From Trichosphaerium sp. ATCC 40318 (lineage: Eukaryota > Protista > Tubulinea): DNA of 64,000 nucleotides. Made by a program: the position numbers and the translations under genes. The stretch is from the NCBI GenBank assembly GCA_038496445.1, contig JALMLS010000374.1, forward strand, positions 124,001 to 188,000. The letters run 5' to 3'. Below are positions 25,458 to 37,800 of the stretch, piece by piece; position 1 is the stretch's first letter; each line of letters begins with the position of its first letter. The notes below the pieces were generated by a model. That model did not search any database, was not told where the DNA came from, and worked only from the letters and a program-made list of their open reading frames with translations.

Positions 25458-25691
25458 GTTTTTTCCGAATTTTTCGAAAGAAAAAATTCGAAAAAATAGA
25501 ATTCAATACAAAAACCGAATGCCTATACCCACCAATGGATCACTATATGTGAGCGAAGGTCGGGTTGTAGTTCCTAGCACAGCGAGGACACGACCGTAAG
25601 TGAACCAGGCGCTTTCTAGTTTAGTGGACTGCCCTAGCTATGCATCTTTCTACACTGTCGAATTTTTGTTTTCGGAAAATTCGGAAAAAAC
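25458..25691. repeat. Long imperfect inverted repeat/rod-like hairpin element (MITE-like or structured ncRNA)
   Basis: gttttttccgaatttttcgaaagaaaaaattcg (25458-25490) is the near reverse complement of cgaatttttgttttcggaaaattcggaaaaaac (25659-25691), and nested inner stems lie between them. Confidence 0.65.
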
Positions 25692-26096
25692 TATATCCCG
25701 AAATACGAATGTCGATGAATGATTTGCATCTTTGTATTGATACTTTGGTGTTGGCATTGGGTTTAAAAAGTGTAATTTACGTGAGTAAAGTGAGTTGTGA
25801 GTTTGTAAAGTTAGATACCAAAAAAGCTATTTGTTTAGTGAATGTCAGTCAAAACGGAAATCTGTCGCCGATTCAATAGAGCTCAAATGGGAATATCGTT
25901 AATGTGTCGGTAGCCATCAACCAACTTTTGGTATTGTTGACCTTTTGCACACCTCGTACTGCTAGCAAAAGTACATATACAGTCTCGGGGAAATCATTTA
26001 ATTGACACTACAACAAACAGTGAGAGAGCCCATTCAATTATGTCGTCTTAGACTTTAATCTTTGTTTTACTTGTATTTATTATTTAACATCTGTTT

Positions 26097-29000
26097 TTAC
26101 AATAAAAGCGCTTGAAGCTCTCCAGCATGCTTCTTTCTTCCGGAAATTTGCTTTCTTCTTCCACTCACATATTGATTCATTGGTGAGTGCTTTTGAGAAA
26201 ATAAAACCTTTGCGGTGTCATCCTGAATAACGCCTAAAGAGAAAAATGAATAAACGAAAGAAAAAAAAAAGAGTAAAAAAGAAAAAACTACGATTGATTC
26301 TCTTACTCTTTTTACCACTCTTCGTCTTAGATAACTGTCTCTCTAATTCCTCTGATTGTTGTATGAATATATCATACTCTTCTTGCTGTTCGTCAGTCTG
26401 AGCAACACGATCTATGTTCAATAACCAGTTAGAAACAAATCAGCAGCGGAAAGAAAAAAAGAAAAAATAATTCTTACCTAGCAACGTCTGTGTTGTGAAA
26501 AGATTAATACGTGCATCCTTGTACATCTTCTTTTCAAGCGCCATTTTAGCGCTTTGTTGCACACCGTTCATTGCGATTACTAAATCAAATAAGCAACTGA
26601 GGAAAAAACGTTTTCACAAAAAAGAAAAAATCAGGAAAATTGGCATACCAGAAACATCAGCCTTTTTTTCAGCACGTTTACGGTTCACTGTGATCTTTTT
26701 CTTGCAATTAATAACACGAACACATTCCATGCCATCAATCTTTGTATAATACATTTGTACTTGGAAGGGTATCTCAAATTCACCTTTGACAAAGTCCTTT
26801 CCTCGTTCCAATTTTGAACTCGCTTTAGATCTGCCCTAAACATAAGGTCAGATACGGGTCATATTGACGATGTCCTTGATGTTTTCTTTCTCACGAAACA
26901 ATATTTAGTACCTTTGTACTTGGCGAGAAGTTAAAGCTGACATCTGAAGATTGTGTGATGTTTCCTTCAACCAAAGTTAACAAAAGGAAGTTCGTACGAG
27001 GTTAAAAAAAAAACATGTGCTTACCCATTTGTACTTCCTTTACGATTTTTTTCGTATCTTTGCCATATCTTTTAAAACACAGCCATGAGTGTAAGTTTAC
27101 CTTTAGGTTTATTTAGTTCAAGGTAATGATGTAAAAACGAAAAGAAAGACAAATAGAAATATCTCAACACAAAAAAAAAACAGAATCAACGTACTTTGAT
27201 CGAAACGTTCGTAGCAATGATAGGATTATCAATAATCTCACGCATCTTACGTTGAAGTTCAAGTGGTTTTACAATAGTAATATTACCAGAAGACTTCTCA
27301 GCAGTAACACCAATAATAGATGCACCAACATTACCACCTTCAATTCCAATGAAACTGACAGTAACACCATTCTTTTTCGCAGTAGATCCAATATCTGAGT
27401 AGAATCCTCTCGCTTCATCCAAATCCGCATCCTATAATTTACGTCAGTTAACAGCGAACACACGTGATCTTCGATATTTTTCCAACAAAGGTAGGCCATT
27501 AACAAAATCAAAAAAAAAAACAGTAAGCTTCGCATTTAGTACCTTGTCAAGGGTACCCAAACCAATATTAGATAATCCATCTGTACATATTATAATCTCA
27601 CTACCACTTTGTTGCTTAGCAATACCAAGAGCAATTGTCAAGGCTGGCCCCAAAGCTGTTTGTCCACCTTCTTCCAATTCAAATAATCTCTCAGAAATAT
27701 TCTCTTGTGCTTTGCTTATATCCTTTACACTTTCAGTATCAAACCCTTCACCAATAGTGATGAGTTTATCATAGTTATTCAATACATCCCCAGCAACTAT
27801 TTGAGTACTTGCTTTCGATGATGCGTCACCGATGATCGATACTTCGTTGTTGAAAGTGATCATTATAACTTTTCTATTCGGATGACTTTTTTTCAATTCT
27901 TCTAATTGGATTTGAACAGCAGCTTGCATACACTCCATACGCGATACGTACTACACAGAGAGTTAACTTTGAATTGTTTGGCGTAATTATAGTACATACT
28001 TGAACGTCTCTTTTCTCTCCTGGAGCATATTGAGAAGCACCTTCTGTGTTTAGACTGCTCATATCTTTTTTTGATTTCACTTTACGTCCATCTTTTGTAT
28101 TTAGCTGAAACAACCCAAATCCTGTTTAAAACACGGTAAGAAATACGAATACATCATTTATCAATTTACTGAACGAGCACATGTTGAAGATGTTTGAGGA
28201 AAAAGAAAAGAGGAAAAAAAGACGAAACGAACCTTTAGGAATCTCAGAAGTAACACACATGGATCCTGATGTATCAACAACAAATATTACTGTCTTGTCG
28301 TCTTGACGTTTCTTTATAGGAGCAGGTTTTAACATATAATCCATAACTGAGTCTTTAGGCATCTCCTCATCTTCCAAAAACATTTCGTTTTTTGTTCCAC
28401 AAAACTCACAGACCCAAACATCGTCATTGCTTTCAGATTGTTTTGACTATTTAGAAGTAAGAAATAATGCATTGACTAAGGTAGTAGCACATACGAAAAT
28501 AGACCCACAAGAGGTATTCTCACATCGAAGAGGTTCTCCAGTAGCAAGGCCAACATTTTCAGCAAGTTCGCCAAGTGTTAACCCAAAGACGTTTGTGTCA
28601 GCCTTTCTGTATGGCTTTGTTACCTTCTTTTCAGATAAGTCTGCATTATTAGCTGTAACGCCTGAGCTACACTTTTTCCTTGGTGATCCTGTAGCATCGA
28701 ATGTGAGTACTTATAATAGAAGAACAAACAGATTGTCAAAAAGGAAAAAACGAATAAGCAAAAAAAATACTCGAGGAGTTTTTTCGTTTTTGCTCGTCTC
28801 TTCCTTCTTCTCCTCAAATATTACTATAACCCACGTGCCTTTTTTTGATTTATTTTTATGAGCTATAATTTTTATACGATCTTTTGCTGTCTTAATATCA
28901 AGACTTTTTAAAAGATCATGATCTATATCATCAATATCATATTCATCGAGTTCATTTTTTCTGAATGATTCACCATATCTACGCGCACGTGATTTCTCAA

Positions 29001-30143
29001 TACCTGCATCCAAGAGCCATTGTTGCCAAGAAAAGCCTAAAACTAATGTTAAAGGCATAACAAAAGAAAGAAATCGCATACCTTCTTCTTCTTCTTGCTT
29101 GCCTTGGTTACCAGAAAACCATGTTTTCAAACCAGAGAAGAGCCCTTTTTTTTCTGGATTCTTCTTACCATCGTCCTCTATTGGTAATCCTGTAATCGTA
29201 ACCATTTTACGGTATGAATCTTCAATAGTTGGATCATAACAATCAACAAAAACGCCTTGTACAAACTGCACAACAAGAGCACTTTTACCAACTCCACCAC
29301 CTATGTGGAATCAGAATTTTATAAGAAAGCTAACAATATGCCGTACCACCAACAACCACAATCTTGTAATCCATACTAGTTCGCGGTATGCATCTTACAA
29401 GTTCAATAAAGCACTCTTGTGCATTCACACCCGTCTTAGCACTAAGTACAATCAATATAAACAGTCACGGCCTCAATTGGTCCTTGAACTTACCTCGTCT
29501 CCATAAATCCTACTCCCCATTCGTCAGCAAGTGCTTTTCCTTGAGCAAAAGATACTTCTCGTTGATCTTCCAGATCGTTTTTGTTGCCCTGTTGTTCGTT
29601 AATCATTATAAAGGAGCCCTCAGTAAGGTTATTAACGTACAATGAGTAGAATAGGAACGCCACCACGTTCGCAATCTTTTACACGTAAAATCTGCTGGTA
29701 TATAGCTGAAACCTCTTCGAACGAGTTATGACTTGATATACTATAGACCATAAGGAAGCCTTGACCAACTCGCTACGTTTTATGTCAGAAATAACAGGCT
29801 GTTTCTTAAACGTACGTAATACTGATCTCTCATTGCACTGTATTCTTCTTGACCTAGTTTACGGTTTGTTTGATGATCTTAAAGCAAAATTGGTTACAAG
29901 CGTACCAGCAGTATCGAGAATGTCCAACATACACGGCAACCCTTCTCCACTTCGTTTTTTATAACGATTTTGTATATTTGTACCGGTTTTAGCTGCTTGT
30001 TGTATACTAGACTCCAGTTTATCTATTTATACAGCGTTTAAGAATAAAATACGCGATTAAATGTTAAACGAACCTTGTATTACTGAGGAGTCTTCCATTT
30101 CATCCTCAGGATACAGGTACACATAAGGACTTGCAAAATGCAT
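26097..30143 (-). CDS. Circularly permuted Ras protein (cpRas: G3-G4-G5-G1-G2) + SAM + Sec23/24-type zinc finger + vWA
   Basis: Spliced motif order LDILDTAG|[11 protein letters not shown] (G3), LI|GNKND (G4), ETSAK (G5), VVVGGGGVGKS (G1), YDPTIEDSY (G2); then SAM-like [27 protein letters not shown]; CENTSC...WVCEFCG zinc finger; v[26 protein letters not shown]. This matches the cpRAS family exemplified by Dictyostelium cpras1. Confidence 0.9.
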
Positions 30144-30403
30144 CTTCGGCTGTTGTCAGTTGTTCGTTTTGGCTGTTTTAGCAATTGTTTATTTTTAGAT
30201 GTTCGTTGAAATTTTTTATAACTGTTTATCAAGTTTATTGTCTGCTTTCAGCGTGATGTTCTTAAATACCTTACATTTCATAAACCAAAATCGTAACACC
30301 ACGCAAGTAAACATTAGTGTAGCATAACATAAAGGAGACTGGTGGAAATTCACGTGACGTTAGACAAGGCAAAAGGTAAGAAAAAAAGCAAGTAAGTTTT
30401 TTT

Positions 30404-32842
30404 TTATTTCTTAGCTTTTGGTGTCTCAGCTTTGATGCTTACAATTTTAATATCATCATAAGGTTTATCATGCTTATTTACGCGTACTTTCTCAATAGCA
30501 GATACTACTTCTGTACCCTTTACAACACGACCAAAAACAGTATGTTTACCATCTAAATGAGGTAACGGAACAGTAGTAATGAAGAACTGACTTCCATTCT
30601 CATTTTTTCCTTTGTTAGCCATAGAGACCATGTATGACTTTTTATGATTTAATTCCGTATGAATTTCATCCTTAAAATTTTTACCCCATATCGAAACACC
30701 ACCTGTACCATCACCTACAGGATCACCTGTTTGAATCATAAAATCCTTTATAACACGATGAAATATCAATCCGTTATAATAACCATTTCGACTATGAACA
30801 GTAAAGTTCTCAACAGCAAGAGGACATTGTTGCCCGTAAAGCTCGATATGTATATCACCCATATTAGTGTATATAATAGCACTACTAGCAATACGATCGC
30901 TCCCACGTTTACCCATACCAAGAGAAGCAAGTTCCTTTGGTGGTCTCTCATTATAAACATCACGTTCTTGAACAAATTCCGACGTTGTACTAAAAAAAAA
31001 AAGTCGTGTTAAAAGAGTTTGTTTACAAGTGAGTATACGTACTCATCTTTCATATCTTCAGGCTCCATACGTCCAAATAGATAGAATCTAGGCTTAGAAA
31101 ATGCGACAGCAACAATAGCAGGATCAGGTTTTGGATGCTTAGCCAAGTTTCCTTCAGCTGCTGATCCTGTTATTGTACCTTGATACAAACTTGTTGATAA
31201 AAACCGTGCACCAGTCTCACTTGATCCAATAACTCTTATAAGCTCATTTGTTTTTATATTCACCATTTTAATACCTAACAAACGACGTTATCATCAGGTT
31301 TTTAAGACGAGAAAGGAGAAATTATTTTGACAAAAAAAAAAAGAAAAAAACGTGCCTATCATTGTAGAGTACATTACAAAGTTACCAGACTGATCAAATG
31401 TTATGTTACATGGTGAGTGATTTGTCTTATTGAGAGTATGCTCAGTAGCCATACGTCGCCCAAAATCAACTGAATCAAGTTTAAACGGTGCTTTCTCATC
31501 CTAAGCAACCCAATGAATAAAACTTTTTTGACCAAAATGATTTAATAAATAATTGAAAAAGAAATTTTAAACAACTGGTGTACCTTTTGCTGTGCAGTAA
31601 ACATTTGTATGCTTTCATCAAACTTACGATACAATGAACCAGTAAGCGTTCTAAAAATTCTGACTTGTCTATCACTAGCCATGACAGAAAAAAGTGAACC
31701 ATCGTTACTTATTTCTACGCTTTGAGGTTTTACTTTGGCCTTAGCAAGAGCATATAGATCTGTCTGGGTCTTGAACTTGAATCGAACTTTATCAGATGTC
31801 TTTCCTGTCTCTGGATCCCATAGTTCTATCATACACTATAAACAAGTTAAGAAAGAAATCGCACTTGATAACAATCATATCAAAAACAAAAAAAACATTT
31901 TCTCAAAATTGTGAAGAACTTTGTACCTTGTCATCAATGGACACGGCGATATTTGTCTTTGCGTTGTAGCGTAACAATCGTACTGGAGCTCGATGAACCT
32001 GGTGTACAGCAAATGGCTCAGTAACTCCTTGAGTAGCGTCTGTAGCTACGTAGTAATTCATCGCGCCTGTTGCAGTTGTGCTGAAAAGAAAATAAATATA
32101 ATCACACAAAACAAATGCTAACGCGCTACTGACAATTGTTTGTGCGTGTTGCAACGAAATCAAGCAAGTAAAACGTGACACATGTCAAGAACAAGGGAGG
32201 AGAAGTAAAATAGCTTTGTTTTGATAGAAACAAGCGATTTTAGCGTAGTGGGGTTGGTTTTAAAGCAAAATGACAAGATACGTACCAAGCTATTAAAGGT
32301 TTCGCCGCTCCTGGTTTTGAAACCCAGCAACAAGTACCAGGTACATAGTCTATCGTGATTATGTTGATCATATCAAAATTTACAACGTCGAAAACTTTTA
32401 TTGTCTTATCCTCTGACGTAGACGCTAGGAGCGCTCCGTCGCTTGTAGTTGATAAACCAACAATAGGTGCTAAGATTGTGAGACACGGCAAAAGCAAGTA
32501 AATGTCGCAAATACAATTTCAACTGTTTTTTAAGTGTAACGTACCGGTGTGAGCGCGGAAATCCTTTACAAACTCGATGCCTTGAGGCTGCTTCTTCCAA
32601 AATTTAATGTGGCCATCTACTGATGCCGTAACTATAAAGTCTGTTGCCGTTACCAACGTGTGAGATACAACTGCTCTGTGCATGTACGAGCGATAATATT
32701 TTTTTGCTGTTGGTAACAAATCAATGTACAGCTTCTCAAACTTGAGCGTTTTACGCCGTTTCTTTGGTGGCTCAAGATCAAATGTTGGTCCAACAACACC
32801 ACCATCGCTCTCATTACCGTCTTGGTTTTCGTTGTCGCTCAT
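30404..32842 (-). CDS. PPWD1: Peptidylprolyl isomerase domain and WD repeat-containing protein 1
   Basis: N-terminal [12 protein letters not shown]...[18 protein letters not shown]...[11 protein letters not shown]; [10 protein letters not shown]; DFGRRMATE; C-terminal cyclophilin [26 protein letters not shown]...NGSQFFIT. Confidence 0.95.
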
Positions 32843-32953
32843 GTCAAGCGATGAGAGCGGTTACAAGGCTAGAAACTGGTCGCTGTTTGCCTACGCTTAA
32901 CGCCAAAATGCGTATCTTAAGCAGCCATAATTTTTTTTAGCTAACATCGCAAT

Positions 32954-33435
32954 ATGGTACGCTCTCAAGTAAAATAGCTTTCATTAAATTACCACTCAGG
33001 GTAAAGGAACCACCAGTTTTGGCCAAAGAAACAAAAACAACCATTTTCTCTGCCCACGCTGCGGAAGACGCGCGTTTAACAAAGCTGCCGGCCAATGCTC
33101 TGCCTGCAACTTCCCTGCCCCTAAAATGAGAAAATGTACGTAAAGCATCTTATTGGCGTCAAACTGGGCTCTCCTCGCACTCGACCATTATTATTACACA
33201 AACAAATATTTTCAAGTGGTTCTTGTGCTTGTTGCGATGCCTTGGCCTTATTTCACTTTTGTCGCTTGTAATTTTTTATTAACTTCTCGTAGACAACTGG
33301 TCTCAGAAAGCTATCCGCAGAAAGACAACTGGTACTGGCCGTATGCGTTACCTCAAAAAGATAGAGTCCAAACGCGAGCGATGGGCTGCCATCAACCGTA
33401 AAACTAGTTACAAAGCCAGAAAGCAACTTTGCTAG
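32954..33435 (+). CDS. RPL37: 60S ribosomal protein L37 (eL37), 3 exons; the first exon contributes only the ATG
   Basis: M|[45 protein letters not shown]|[22 protein letters not shown], with the C4 zinc finger intact. Confidence 0.95.
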
Positions 33436-33797
33436 ATTGTAATTACTCGATTGTAAAGAACCTTGTGGTTGGAGCAAATAAAAAAGACTTCACTCACTAA
33501 ATACTGTATCACCGTTAGTTTCGTAGCGTCACGAAGCGCACAAACTTTTTTCTTCGCGGCAACTTTTTTTTCTGTTATTTTTTTTTCAGTACATTTGGTG
33601 CAATGTCACTTTATGACAACGTGTCGCTGCTACGACAAATGTACGCAAAAAAGCAGCGATATACACTACGCGTATAAGCGTAAGTAGCGACGTCATTTTG
33701 ATTACAATACAATAAACATACAAAACAACAACAGAATTTAGGAAAACACTCTTTTTTCTGGGTGACCCTTGTGCATTTTTTATTGAATCTACAAAAT

Positions 33798-34755
33798 TTA
33801 TCTTCTTCTTTTTGTCATCTTCTTGGTGTAGAATTGTAATTCATCACCTTCGAGGATGTATCCGCCAACAAAACCGGATTGACCTGGTCTGGAAGAAACA
33901 CGGGCGTAGAGAATACCTTTGCCAATAAGTTCTTTTGTGGTGTCTTCGAGTGGGCGACGTGTTCGGCGAGCAACACGGGCATCAGCAGGAATAGCGAAGT
34001 TAGGTCTGCGTGGTTTGCCGTCCTTTTTCTTTTCTTTGGAGGCTTGGTTGGAAGCATCAGCCTTTCCTTTTGGCTCGTCCTGAGTTACAAATTAGTGACA
34101 ATTCAAGCGCTATAGCGAGTAGTTGCGAGTTTGTAAAGACAAGAAAACTTTTCTCAATGAAAAATGTTAGTCGTACCCATGGTTGACGCTCAGAGAGCTC
34201 TTTACCATCGAAATCTTGGTAATAGTGTTTGAAATACCATTTCTTGAATGGTGTGGCGTCAATTTCAAGGATGCATCCTGTACAGCGTTAATTATGCGCG
34301 TTTTTCGTGTTTCTTACCCTTAACAAGTGTGTTTGTACGGACCAACTCAGTTGAAGTGGCGTTGTATACGACTTTGTTAATTTTGCATTTACGGGTTACA
34401 GCTAGTTAGAATATTAGTACCAGATACCATATCATAAACGTAGAGCGTAATAGGCGCATTTTTAACGCGCCGAACAAATCTAGAGAAAAAACGCTTAACG
34501 CACCTTCTGTTCCCCAGCTGAAACTGCCATTATCTAAACGAAGGGCTCGGAATTTTACTGATCCACCTCTGGTACGGACAGCAGTAACACGTCTAGCACC
34601 GATTTTGGTCATAGCGGCAGCTCTACCAGCCTCAAACTTACGCTTACGGCGAATAATAGGCCTTTTACTACCAGTAACCCTGCGCTTGTGTCTTCCGTTG
34701 TGGGTAACGCCTTCATACGATTAGCAAGCGAAAACAGAGTGCAAAACGCACCCAT
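33798..34755 (-). CDS. RPS8: 40S ribosomal protein S8 (eS8)
   Basis: MG|VTHNGRHKRRVTGSKRPIIRRKRKFEAGR, RTRGGSVKFRALRLDNGSFSWGTE, IDATPFKKWY and SSRPGQSGFVGGYILEGDELQFY. Confidence 0.95.
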
Positions 34756-34879
34756 TGTGATTTAATTTGGATACGAAAAAAGAAAATGTAGGACTTAGCT
34801 GCCTTACAAATGTATATTTCTGCCTTAACCTCATTTCAACTACGCGGGAAACAATCAAAAAAACGCGCGGTCTGACCAC

Positions 34880-37800
34880 ATGGAAGACGAATCAGATGTA
34901 CTCGATGCCCAATATATTCAAACGAAACACCTAACGCAAAAGGATCTTATCAAAAGATTGAGGGTTCGCGCCTTTTCATGTAACAAGGCTGTTAACGCTA
35001 GTATTAGGTTTTGGCGTTACATTTACGTAATGCTGAACAAGCAGAGGATACCTCAATTTATGACAGCACAGCTGCCGCTCTGGTGCAAACTACACTGCTC
35101 AAACATAAGAATAAGGAGATACGTCTTCTTACAGCGTGTTGTTTGGCGGATATCGTTTGTATGTACGCACCAAACTCTCCATATCTCGATAAGAAGCTTG
35201 AGGTACGATTTTACACGTGAAGTATGTCTTCTCGATCAAGAATTAACGCTTTTCTCTATTTAGGCTGTTTTGCGCCTCTGGATCAGCTCTTTGGAGTCTT
35301 TAGCAAAAACAGATAGCCCGTTATTCAACCATGCTGTATATTTACTCAAGCAAGTAACGACTGTAAAGGCTTTTATACTTGCTCTTGATTTTGAGGGTTT
35401 AGTTGTAAAACTATTTGAATCGTTCTTCAATATCATCTGGTAACGGCTTTTTTATATTTTACCTTCCTTCTATCGCTCACACTTTGTTTTAGCGCAGAAC
35501 ACAGTAATACAGTAGTCACCCATATGTCTGATATTTTAACGTCCTGTATTGACGAGAGCACCGTCATTTCACCAGCAGTTCTCGATGTTATGCTTAAAAA
35601 CCTTCTTGATGAAGACGAAGATTCGCCTAGAGCAATGGCGCAACATGTTATATATCGGTAAGCCGTTTAGACGCTTTTCTTGATTAATTTGTTTCTCATT
35701 CCTTTTTAGATGCGCTGATAAGCTTCAGAATGCTATCACAGACTTTTTGCTTGGTAATAACCAAGATTCAGAGCTATTAGAACAAGATGAATTTTGCGTT
35801 CCAAAAGTCGTTCTGGAGTTAAGCTATTTTAAACCAAGCTTGCTTGTACATGTTATACCAAGATATGAAGACGATTTAAAGGTACATTTAAAAATAATAA
35901 AAAAAACTTTCAGACCTGTCTACGCGCCAAAACTTTCAAAAAAAATTTATTTGCTTTTTTTTTCTCTAACTAAGCGCCTTGTAGGACGCTGATCCAAATA
36001 TAAGAGTATCCGCTGTTCGATTACTTGTACGTACAAACAAAGAAGCAGTTTTGTTTCTCCTTTTACCGTGTTTTACTAATAAGCGTTCTAGAGCAAACTA
36101 TTCGCTGGGGAAGATAGTCTACAATTAGCTAGTGATCATTATTCTGTATTTCAGATCCTATTGGAGCGCATGCACGATCGTAATGATGAGATTCGTGGTG
36201 AAATGATTGCTTTTTGTGATAGCTTCCTTAGAATACACGATGATAATCGCTTAATCGAAAAAGTAGCTAGTGCGTAGTGTTTGTTGTTTACTTGTTTACT
36301 TGTTGTTCGTTTTACTTCTACTCACATGACTTGTTAGCCGCTGTAATCGGAAGATTACAAGATCCTTCACATGATGTACGTGGAGAAGCCATTGAAGCAA
36401 TCTGCGAATGTGCTGCAACAAGAGATTTGAGCGTACAAGTTTGTAGATTGATCAGAAAGACTCTACCTCTCCGTCTTAGGGATAAAAAAGTGCGTGGCAT
36501 CCGTTGTCTATCTTCTACAAGAAACTAATTTTCCTAGCAATCTGTCCGCGAAATTGCGTTCAAATACACAACCAACCTATGGTCTGCTCTCCTAGAGAGA
36601 TGGGGTAGTTTTTCGGCAAATCCACAAGGTCCACTGTTTACTTGGATCCCAACCAAACTCCTACACGCCTATCTATGTCTTGAAGAACCTGGAGATAAGT
36701 TTAAGATACAGCAGTCATTATACAGCATGCTTTCAAGCAAGGGTGATCAAACTTCGATTATTCTCATGATAGCTTCTTTTGATGATAACGCAAGACGAGG
36801 ATTCTCATTGATGATGAATCGCGTAAAGACGTACGTCTACTTGTTTTTTGTAGAGTATCAGATTATCGGCTTGTTCGTTTATAACTGTGATTGCCGTGTA
36901 TTTCACGTGCAATGGAGCCAGTTTACGAAAATTTTTTGAAGTAAAAAGGCGCCAAATCGCGTTTATGAATTTTATTTCGTTTCTATGCTTTTTTTTTCCG
37001 TTGACTTTGTGTTTAGATTCAGAGAACTATTCCTCACATATCTCAATGATAAAAAGTCTCAGGGTGCTGAGGATACTAAAAAACAGATTGACGCTTTATC
37101 TGAGTATCTGCCTGGTCACCCAAGAAATTTTTTCAAACTACAAAACAAGGATGAACAATTTTTCAGAAAATTAGAATTTATCGCAAACCCATCAAATGTA
37201 AACAAGAAACCACAATACAAGAAGACAGTCAAATCAGTGGAGACAGAATACAAAAAGAAAAAGGGTAAATTAGCAGAATACATCGTAGATATAGTATCGG
37301 TAAGTAAAACACTTTCATTCGAAAATTTTCACTGAAATTCAGACGTTTTATTCTACCTGTATTTTCAGTTACTTACTCTCTCAAGATGTTAGCGCATAAT
37401 ATAGTCAATGAAGATGATATCGCTGAGATGGTTGAGCTAGTTATCGGTGGCGAGACTTCAGACTCTGACAGTAGTGAAGAGGACAAAGAAGAAGCTCACA
37501 GACCTATTTACAATCTTTTGACTGATATATCAGCTGCATATCCTAAACTATTCAACCAGGATGTTATTACACAGTTAATTGAGTTATTGGATATTGAGGA
37601 CGCTGAGATCTTCTTACCTCAAATCCTTACTACCTTGGGAAACATTGGAGAACATTTCTATTCCCTAGATCGCAAAGCAAGCAAGTACGTAACTCAACCA
37701 TTATTTATCTCATTTTTTTCTTCTTTTCTTCGTTTTTCGCTCTTTTCTCCCAGCTCACGTGTTTTTTCTTTTTTGTAGGGCTTTGGTAACAACTATTAAT

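Noticed and set aside
25520-25645. 5S rRNA or SRP RNA identity for the hairpin core
   Set aside because: Only superficial short matches; conserved 5S internal boxes and the SRP helix-8 motif could not be found.
25941-25958. Mariner-like TIR end (ccttttgcacacctcg|ta)
   Set aside because: No matching partner TIR or transposase sequence was found in the window.
33136-33290. Intronic snoRNA in RPL37 intron 2 (and the long PPWD1 intron 32082-32284)
   Set aside because: No C/D boxes or convincing H/ACA layout were seen.
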